From Piromyces finnis finn (Eukaryota > Fungi > Neocallimastigomycota): a DNA stretch of 64,000 nt. Every line of letters begins with the position of its first letter. Position 1 is the first letter of the stretch. The position numbers and the translations under genes are program-made. Positions 53,901 through 64,000 of this stretch are shown one piece after another. Where the stretch lies: NCBI GenBank assembly GCA_002104945.1, contig MCFH01000005.1:682001-746000 (forward strand), written 5' to 3'. The notes below the pieces were generated by a model, which saw nothing but the letters and a program-made list of their open reading frames with translations, did not search any database and was not told where the DNA came from.

Positions 53901-56900
53901 TTCAAATGACTGCTTTCAATAAGGTTCTTGAAAAGTATAAGGATGGTTTAAGAGGTCATGAAAGAGCTGTATTTGTTAGTCTTTTAGAAAAATACTACAA
54001 TGTTGAATGTCTTTTCTCCAATGAACCATTAGATGAAATCATTTCTCATTTACGTCACACTACCTACAAGAACAATATTGATGAAGTTGTCAAACTTACT
54101 CTTTCTCATGATAAGGTTTCTTCTAAGAACAAGTTAATTACTATTCTTTTAGATGTTGCTCGTTCTAATTATGATGGTGAACAATGGCAAGTTGCTTTCT
54201 TCCCAATTTTAAAGAAGCTTACTGGTTTATCTAGTCGTGCTACTACTACTACTACTGTTAAGGCTCGTGAATTATTAATTTACTGTCAATTACCAACCTA
54301 CAAGGAACGTTATGCCCAAATCGAAAATCAATTAGAAAAGGCTGTTACCAAGAGTACTAATGATTCACACAGTGTCAACTTTAGCTTACTTTCTGATTTA
54401 ATTGAAGCTAATTATGATATTCTTGATGTTATTCCAAACTTCTTCTATCACTCTGATCCAAAAATTAGAATGGCTTCTCTTTACACTTACATTATGTATA
54501 CTTACATGCATGCTTATGAAGTTAATGAAATTAATACTCATAGTGACATTAATGTTAAGAATAACGATCAAGTCTTTGTTAAATGGAACTTCAATGTCAG
54601 AAAACACTTTGCTATGGCTAATATGGGTCATAGTAGACGTAGTAGTGGTGCTTTAACATCAACCTCTGGTGTATTAGGTAATGTTATCCCTGATAGTGAT
54701 GAACAATCTACTTCCTCAAAGAAAGAAGATATTCAACGTATTATGTCTGTCTCTGATATTAGTCAATTAAATCCACTCAATAAATTAAACAACAAAAATG
54801 CTTTACTTGAACGTAAGAAGTTACCAAAGCGTAATGGTATTATTGTTGCTTTTAATAATATTTCTGAAATGGCTACTCGCCTTCCAGAAATCATTAGCCG
54901 TCTCAGTAATGATGATGAAGGTATTCAATTTGCTGAAAAGAAATTAAAGCCAGAAGAATATTACAATGTTGTTAATGTTGTTTTCCGTGATACTGATGTT
55001 GGTGATACTTCTTCTATTGAAGATGATGATACTGTCAGTAATCGTATCTATGATCTTATTCAACAAAACAAACAGGATCTTGAAGATGCTTTTATTCGTC
55101 GTATTACTTTCTTAATTGTTAGAAAGGAAGACACTCCACATTACTTCACTTTCAAGGCTGCTTCTGGTTATAAGGAAGATAAGGTTATTCGTCACATGGA
55201 ACCAGCTTTAGCTTATCAATTAGAATTAGGACGTTTAGCAAACTTTAATGTTGAACCAATGCCAATGCATAATAACAACATTCACATTTATCACGCAATT
55301 GCTAAAGAAAATTCCACAGATAGCCGTTTCTTCGTTCGTGCTTTGGTACATCCAAGTCAAATTGTATCTACAGTTACCACTCATGACTTCTTAGTCAGTG
55401 AAGGTGATCGTGTTGTTAAGGACATTATTGACTCTTTAGAAGTTGCTAGCTCTGTTCATACTACTACCGATTGTAACCATTTATTCATTAACTTTATTCC
55501 AACCTTTGTTCTTAGTGTTGAAGAAGTTGCTTATGCTTTAGCTGAATTTATTGAACGTCATGGTATGAAATTATGGCAATTACGTGTTACTGTTGGTGAT
55601 ATTCGTTTAATGATTCAAACTAATGAAAAGAAGACTCCAACTCCAATGCGTTTCTTAGTCAATAATGTTTCTGGTTACATTACAAAAATTGAAATTTATG
55701 AAGAAGTTACTAATAAGGAAGGCATTACTGTCTTTAGAACTGCTGTTGGTGATATTCCAGGTAGCTTACATCTTCAACCAGTTAATCTTCCATATTCTAC
55801 TAAGGAAGCTGTTCAACCAAAGAGAAATAAGGCTCACTTAATGGGTACCACCTATGTATACGATTTCCCAGATCTTTTCCATTTAGCTCTTCAACAAATT
55901 TGGCAAATTTATGTTAAGAAACATCCAGAACAAAAGATGCCAACTCAATTCTTAAAGCAAACTGAATTAATCTTAAATGAAGATGAAGAATTAGTAGAAA
56001 CTGATCGTCCAGCTGGTAGTAACACATGTGGTATGGTCGCTTGGAGAATTGACTTCAATACTCCAGAATATCCAAAGGGTCGTTCCATTATTGTTATCGC
56101 CAATGATATTACTTACAAGATCGGTTCCTTTGGTACTGAAGAAGATATGGTCTACTATAAGGCCTCTCAACTTGCTAGATCACAAGGTATTCCAAGAATC
56201 TACATTTCTGCTAATTCTGGTGCTCGTATTGGTCTTGCATCTGAATTACAACAAATATTCAAGATTCAATGGATTGATCCAGAAGATGAAAGCAAGGGTT
56301 ATGACTACATATACTTATCTGAAGAAGATTATCAAAACAATATTTCTGATGGCAATCCATCTGCTGTATTTGAAAAGGTTGTTGTTGGTAAGGAAGTTCG
56401 TTACAAGATTAATGATGTTATTGGTAAGCAACATGGTCTTGGTACTGAAAACTTACAAGGTTCTGGTTTAATTGCTGGTGAAACTTCTGCTGCTTACAAG
56501 GATATCTTTACTGCTACTTTAGTTACTTGCCGTTCTGTTGGTATTGGTGCCTACTTAGTTCGTCTTGGTCAACGTACAGTTCAAGTTGAAGGTCAACCAA
56601 TTATTTTAACCGGTGCTGTAGCCTTAAATAAGGTATTAGGTAGAAATGTTTATACCTCTAACCTTCAACTTGGTGGTACTCAAATTATGTTTAGAAATGG
56701 TATTTCCCACTTAACTGCCCATAACGATTTACAAGGTATTCGTCAACTTTTAGATTGGTTAGCTTATGTTCCAAAGAATAACACTTGCTCACTTCCAATC
56801 GTTGAACCTCTTGATCCAATTGATCGTGATGTTAGTGTTGCTATTCCAAAGGGTGCTTATGATCCAAGAATTCTTTTAGCTGGTGAATACAAGCAATTAA

Positions 56901-58147
56901 CTAAAAACAATTCTGAAGTTGGTGTTGTTACTCCAATTGCCCCAGAAAGTGCTGCTACTTCAAATAATGCTGGATGGGTTAGTGGTTTATTTGATCGTGA
57001 TTCCTTTGTTGAAAGTATGGGAGGATGGGCACAAGGTGTTGTTACAGGTCGTGCTCGTCTCGGTGGTATTCCAATGGGTGTTATTGCTGTTGAAACTAGA
57101 ATGATTGAACAAGTTTTACCAGCTGATCCAGGTAATGCTGATTCCAGAGAACAAACCGTTTTAGAAGCTGGTCAAGTCTGGACTCCAGAATCTGCTTTCA
57201 AGACTTCTCAAGCTATTAACGATTTTAACAATGGTGAACATTTACCACTCATGATTCTTGCTAACTGGCGTGGTTTCTCTGGTGGTCAAAGTGATTTATT
57301 AAAGGGTATCTTAAAGTACGGTTCTTACATTGTTGATGCTTTAAGAGAATACAAGCAACCAGTATTTATCTATGTTATTGGTGAATTACGTGGTGGAGCT
57401 TGGGTTGTTCTTGATCCAAAGATTAATCCAGAAATGATGGAAATGTACGCTGAAAGCAACGCTCGTGGTGGTGTTCTTGAACCAGAAGGTCTTTGCTCTA
57501 TTAAATACCGTAAGAAGCATATATTAGATACTATTGACCGTTTAGATTCTAAATACCATGATATGAAGGTTTCCTTAAAGCAACTTCAAAGTAATGCTGA
57601 AGAAAACAAGGAAGAAATTGCTAAGATTCAAGCTAAATTCGAACAACGTGAAAAGGAATTAATTCCACTTTATCATCAAGTTGCTGTTCACTTTGCTGAT
57701 ATGCATGATACTCCACGTCGTTTGAAGGCTAAGGATTGTATCAATGATGAAATTCCATGGAATAAGGCTCGTAAATACTTCTACCACCGTTTATGTCGTC
57801 GTTTAGCTGAAGAAGAAGTTATTAACACCGTCTTAAAGGCTGATCCAGAATTAAGTAGAGAAGCAGCTAAACAATACATTATTGGTTGGTGGCTTGCTGA
57901 TCATCCACAAAAGGAACTTTCTAACCTTTCAAAGGAAGAATACGATGAAGTTATGACTAATTGGTTAAAGACTGATGCCAAGATAAAGGAACGTATCCAA
58001 ATTATTGCTACAGATTACAACTCTAAGCAAGTTGTTAGTCAATTAAAGAATGACAAGGATTCTGTCATGATTGGTCTCAAGAAGTATCTTAAGAACTTGG
58101 ATGAAGCTTCAAGAAAGGCTTTATTAGAAGAATTAAACACTAACTAA
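50976..58147 (+). CDS. ACC1: Acetyl-CoA carboxylase (multidomain BC-BCCP-CT)
   Basis: Exons 50976-~51072, ~51153-51392, 51534-51536 (3 nt) and 51650-58147. Motifs [55 protein letters not shown], biotin site EIEVMKM and CT motifs ANSGARIG and [10 protein letters not shown]. Codon bias is typical of a highly expressed gene. Confidence 0.97.
51534..51536 (+). other. 3-nt microexon (GCT, Ala) of ACC1
   Basis: Context ctattaAG|GCT|GTAAGT. It supplies the Ala missing between TGVH (exon ends 51392) and [12 protein letters not shown] (exon starts 51650). Confidence 0.8.
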
Positions 58148-59479
58148 ATTATAGAAAATTCATACCATCATTAAAATATCTTTATAAAAAAAGATATAGA
58201 AAATAATATAATAAATTCTAATATATTTTTAAAATAATAAAACCTATCTTAAAATTAAAAAAAAAAAAAAAAAAAAAGCTATATTTCCAAAAAAGATTCA
58301 AAATGTAGACATCTTAGAAAAAAGAAAAACAATTTCAAGAAAACAGAAACCAAAAAAAGTTCAATTTTATTTCAAAAAAGAAAATACATATTTATAAATT
58401 CTACCTAAAAAAAGAAAGAAAAATACATTTAATTCTGCAATATTTCTTAGAAAATAATAGATAACATCAAAAAAAAAAAAAAAAAAAAGATACGCTAGTT
58501 TTATATATATAGAAAGAAAACTATAAAAACAGCAAGCAATCAATATTTCTAAAAGTTCCAATTTTGTAAAAATAGAAATGAATTTTTTTTTTTTTTTTAG
58601 TTTTAAGTAGATCATTTTTTTTAATTGTAACATCACTTATAAGTGAGGTGAAATAGACACATGATTAATTAAATAATACAATATATTAAAAATTTAAAAA
58701 AAAAAAAAGTAAAATGAAGTTTTATTAAAAAAGAAGGGGTTATTTTTTTAATATTATTTTCATTTTGCAACTCAAAATTTCATAACAAACGATCACATTT
58801 TTTACTATATAATTACAACTATAGAAAAATTAATTTTATAATTTATTAAAAAAATATTTTAAATTTTTTTTTTATTTTTTTAACATACACACACATATAT
58901 ATAAATAAAAAATAATAATTTTATAATAGTAAATATTAACTAAGGTATATTAGTACGATAATTATAATATCTATTTTTTATTAATTTTTTTTTTTTTTAA
59001 ATAATTAATTAATAAAATATTATTAAATAAAAGTAATAATATGAATTATGTGATATTCAATTAAATGTTGTGTTTAAAAAAAAAAAATTTTAAAAATTAA
59101 TATGTATATATATAGATATATAAAAATGTTGTAATTTTTAGTCTTAATAAACCTCATTTAAAATTTAAGAATTAATAGAATTATTTTGTATTTATTGTAG
59201 TTTTGAAAATACTACCAGAATTACAGTTGGTAGTAATAATGTTACTTCTAACTATCCTCGTATCTGTCAATGTTGTCTAAATGATGAGTAATTTTTTCAT
59301 TAATGAATTTTAGAATATTCTGAATTTTCTGAATACAGAACTTCTTTGCTTTCTTGACGATCTTTTTTTTTTTTTACCTTTTTTTTCATAATAAATAAAA
59401 AGAATTAATTTATTATTTATCAGTTGAAATGGAAGTAAGAAATATTTTTTTATAATTATATTTTTATATTCCTTCTTAG

Positions 59480-60750
59480 TGGAATTTTAGCTCATGATGA
59501 TCTACAGATCAATAAGGAGAGGCAAAAACATTTAAATAAATAGTTTTTACAGTTCATTGGAGTCTCATGTTCCATATAAAACAATCCGTTATATGAGACT
59601 ACTTTTTTGATAGGTTTAGAGTAATAAAACACCTAACGTAAATCAAGAGAATATTCATACATAAGGTTCAATGTTAGTATTTCTTCGAATGAAACTATTA
59701 AGAATCCATATAAGAATTTTACTGGATACCACACTATCCTCTATCTGATGTTACTTTTCTTTTTTATTTCATTTAATTTATTAGAAAGGATCAATACTAC
59801 AAAAGTTATCGAACTATTATACAAGTTAAATAATTTTGTAAACCTTAATGCTTTATATATATTTAATAAATTATTAATATAATACATCTAAGATTACATC
59901 AATAACTTATTTATCACTTTTTCTATTAAAAGGAAATAACTCTAATACTCTTTAGGTAAAAATATTGAAAATTTAATAAATGATTATAGTTTTTTTCTTA
60001 ATAGAAATAGAGTTTGTATTAAATTAATAATGAAGAATAAGAATCAATCAACTAAATTATTTCTTTATGGTTCAGATGAATCTTCTGTTTAGTATAAATC
60101 TTGTAGAATATCTTTACTTTTAATAATAAATCTATCGTTAATGAGAGTATCGACATCATATTAATAGGGCATCAATAGAAAGTACCAATTTAATTTACAT
60201 ACATACAAAAAACAATATTATGGAGAATCATATAGATTCTATATTATCTATCTACAAATTCAATAAGACGGCATTTCTACTTTATTATTGGCACATATAT
60301 TTTATTAAGAACAACTTCGAATGTAATAACCTCATATTTTCCCATTTTATGTTCTAAGTTTAATTTTATTCATACACGTATATATGTATATACATGTATT
60401 ACTACTTAATGCAAATACTTTTATTTAATAGATATATTAATAACTATAGTTGGAAGTGAAGTTTACTCTAAAAAGAGACAAAAATATTTAAATTTCGAAT
60501 GGCCAACTTTATTTTATAGTTGATTGGAGTATCGCAGTTTTTAATACTAAAATTATTTCTATTATTAATAACTCTCTATTATAATACTACATTTTGATAG
60601 ATATGCCAATACATCAAACATCAAACGGTTAATAACGTATACCAATAAAAGAACATTCTAAATACTATTTTTTTTTTTAAATATGGTCCAATATAATTTT
60701 ACTAATGAAAGTATTAATTACTCATGGAAGAGTTTAATGTGAACATCCTA
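59480..60750 (-). mobile_element. Highly decayed Ty3/gypsy-like pol (RNase H/integrase) relic
   Basis: Ordered, stop-ridden motif remnants on the minus strand: ILDH (cf. TDH), YVP and YDSP (cf. LYVP...HDSP, ~60221-60232), NS.ITFVV (~59800), VTSDRG (~59735-59755) and YVRCFI......*SH (cf. YLRCF...W, ~59597-59640). No LTRs recognised. Confidence 0.4.
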
Positions 60751-61798
60751 ACTTTATATATATATATATTTTTCCTATTTAATTAGATTTATCAATTATC
60801 ATACAGTATAATTTACATAATTTACAGTTTACATAGTTCGTCAAATTATTAAATAATTTACAAAGCTTTTTTATTTTATTTTATACATTTTATTAATTTA
60901 AATTATTTATTTCATTATTAACTGCTTTCTGTTTCATGTAATAAAAAATAGTAAAAGTACTGAATTCTTTATTACTTGTAAATTTATAAATAATAAAATA
61001 GTTTTTTCCTTTCAAATTGATATGTATGCATCAAAGTACCTTTAATAACATAAAAAAAAAATTAATTATGTTAATAAAATTTTCAATAATTCTATATTAA
61101 AAAGATATATATATAGTAAATATATATAAATTTAATATATTTTAAGTCATTCTTTTTTCAAAGTAGAATTATATATATTTAATTTGTATTATATCTACAA
61201 ATTTAATTTATTATATAAAATTTTTATATATAGATAAATATATCTCAATTTCAAAATTTTGGTATTATTCCCTTTTTATTTCCTTTTCTAAATATATTAA
61301 ATATAGTTATTATTTTTGTACCATATCAATTTCATTTTATTAATTGTATATAAATAAATAAAAGGGAAATTACATAAAAACTTAGAATAAAATTTAAATA
61401 TATATAACAAAGTAATAATATATATATTTATAAATAATATATAATAATAAATATACAATAAAATTAATTATAAAATTACAAGACTATATCTTATATTAAA
61501 ATAAATAAGAATTAAGAATATATCATAATTAGTAATTTTTTATACATACGATATTCATTAGAGAAGAAAATAGAAATAAATTCACAAAATATTAATAAAA
61601 ACATTTATTAATATTTATTCATGCTAATCTTTTATATATATATATATTTTAACTATTAAATATAAATAATAGGTCACTGAATAAATAATAACATTGAATT
61701 AAATATCAATATACCAATAAAGAAAAAGAAATCCATATTACATAACATTAATAACATTAATAAAATAAATTATTCTACTATTAAAAGAAAAGTAAAAA

Positions 61799-63542
61799 AT
61801 GACTGAAGTTGAAAATAATAATACAAAAGAGGAACAAGTTACCTCTCCATCAACACCAGGAGATAATAATAAAAAAAAAGAAACTATCGTACGAAGAAAT
61901 AGACCAGGAAGTAAATCAGAAGTATGCTTTCAAAAAAAGAAAGATATAATAATAATAATAATAATTATAAATTTATTCTATTTTAAACATATATATATAT
62001 ATTATTTTTTCTTTATTACAATTACTCAAATATATAAATAAATATGGGATATGGAAATAATTCCAAAATTAATTACATAAATGTTTATATATAATAATAA
62101 ATAAAGCAATGGGGAAATTGGCCGGAGCTTTCATTTGAAAACATGAATTCAACCTGTGCAGTTCAACAATACATTCAATTATTAATTAAGCGTAATCCAG
62201 AAGATATAAAAACTATTGTTACTTGTCCAGAAAATCAAGATCCTAATGTTTGGCAATATGAACACTTGAGGTAAAATTTTCTACAATGAATATTTTATTC
62301 ATTTAATATTATATAGTAATAATTCATTTATTGAAATAAATAAAAATTAATCATACATCCTAGATAAAATGTTTAAAAAAAGTATATTCAATAATAAATT
62401 TAATAATAAATTGATAGACATATAATTATTATTAACAACCGAAAAAAACATTTTAAATTAAAATATATATATCAAAAATGGTTTTATATATTATAATATA
62501 TAAATATAAATATAAAATTATAAAACATGAAAAAGATATTTTAAAATATAAAAAATAATTAATATTAATGATATATAAAAAATATAAAAAAAAAAAAAAA
62601 AAAAAAAAAAAGAAAAGAAAGAAAGAAAGAATATATGTATATTAATAATAAAAGTATAGAATGATATCTTAACATTGATATTAATATATATATTCATATC
62701 ATATAAAAAAAAAAAAAAAAAAAAAAAAAGATTAATATGTCTAGAATTAAATCCTTTACTAATTATGTTAAGTGAAGAATGTCATCCAGATGTTTGTGAT
62801 ACCATGAAAGCTACTGATGACGCAGAATTTTTTTGTGCTGCACACCCTAAAGCTCAACCAGTAAATATATTACCTTTATTATTATAAAATAAATAAGATA
62901 ATAAAAAACTTTATATTAAAATAAAGTAATTAATATAATTAAATAAATATTCAGTGTAGTGCTATTGATTATTCTATACACACAGTAGACGGTTCAATAT
63001 CATTATTAAATTGTCATTCTTTTTTCCCAACTAGGTAAAATATTAAATATTAGAAATTATATTTGATTCGATAATAGTAATAAAAATTATTTTTAATAAT
63101 TAATAATACATAACCTAATATTTTGTTTATCTATGCATATAAATTATTTTATAAATATTTTATAGAGTTTCAATTCAACCATCTTCCTTAAAACATTTTT
63201 CAAATATTTCCAGAAGATTATATAGAATATTTGCTCATGCATGGTTCCATCATCGTGAAATATTTGTTGAATTTGAAGTAAGTTTTCTCTGTTTTATTCC
63301 TCTTACTTTTGTCTTCTATATTAAAATAATAAAAATAACATAACAATAAATGATTATTATTAATAATTATTTATAAATTTATTCAATTGATTTTAATTTT
63401 AATTTTATTTTAAATATTTAATATTTAGCATCAAACTCATCTTTATGCTAGATTCTTATATTTCTCAACAAAAGCTTTTAATTTAATATCACCAAAAGTT
63501 GTTATTATCCCATCTGAAGCCTGCAACATTGATTTTGATTAA
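61799..63542 (+). CDS. MOB4: MOB4 / phocein (STRIPAK subunit)
   Basis: Spliced RRNRPGSK, NWP..FE.MNST.AVQQYIQ, QDPNVWQYEHLR.ICLELN, ECHPDVCDTMKATD, FFCAAH, CSAIDYSIHT, FFPTRVSI and RRLYRIFAHAWFHHREIF all match phocein/MOB4. Stop TAA at 63540-63542. Confidence 0.92.
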
Positions 63543-63826
63543 ACACTTTCATAATTTTTAAAATAAATAATTAATAAAAATAATATTTTTAAAACATTTC
63601 AAATAAAAAGAATTAGAAAAAAGAAAAAAGAAAAGAAAGGGGAAAAAAGGAAAAAAGAAAAATAAAAAATAAATAAATAAGAAATATATATATAATTAAT
63701 AAATTATTATATTTATAAGCAAATTAAAATAAAAATAAAAAATTAAAATATAATAGATAGTAAATAATAAATAATTGGTTTTAATATTTGTTCATAAATA
63801 AAATTATTATTAATAACATTTTTATT

Positions 63827-63857
<31 letters not shown>

Positions 63858-64000
63858 TTAATATTTTATATGTATAGCTATATTGATATTATAACAAAAA
63901 GTAAATTTTATAGTGTGAAATTTAATATTTTTTAGTATTTTATTAAATTTCAATAATTTAAAGTGTTGTTTTTATATTATATAAAAAAGCGTATAGATAA

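Noticed and set aside
53362-57104. Small ORFs overlapping ACC1 (53362-, 54398-, 54402+, 56028+, 56919+) and similar ones inside DOCK
   Set aside because: Off-frame or antisense by-products of long codon-biased exons, with no recognisable motifs.
58367-58636. Minus-strand 89-aa hydrophobic ORF downstream of ACC1
   Set aside because: Derived from poly-A/T tracts in the 3' region; no splice or motif support.

Overview
Extremely AT-rich, intron-rich eukaryotic DNA. Base composition, microsatellites, intron style and gene content point to an anaerobic gut fungus (Neocallimastigomycota); this is an inference. Genes were rebuilt by hand across GT-AG introns. In order: (-) an approx. 1,090-aa leucine-rich-repeat protein absent from the ORF track (MGCxxS N-terminus, 25 one-repeat-per-exon LRRs, approx. 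410-aa low-complexity tail); (-) SDF2-like MIR protein; (-) G-patch/C2H2 zinc-finger protein; (-) SLC45/Sut1-like sugar symporter; (+) SRPK/Sky1 kinase; a decayed importin-alpha-like ARM fragment; a C/D box snoRNA matching the snR72 target (LSU Am876) plus a second orphan candidate; (+) Cla4-type PAK kinase with a 10x RERSxHRD minisatellite; a PI-PLC-like pseudogene; (-) SH3-DHR1-DHR2 DOCK GEF; a 9.4-kb gene-free stretch; (+) acetyl-CoA carboxylase that needs a 3-nt microexon; a probable Ty3/gypsy pol relic; (+) MOB4/phocein. No CRISPR array, tRNA or rRNA was recognised. Coordinates marked ~ are read by eye and may be off by a few nt.
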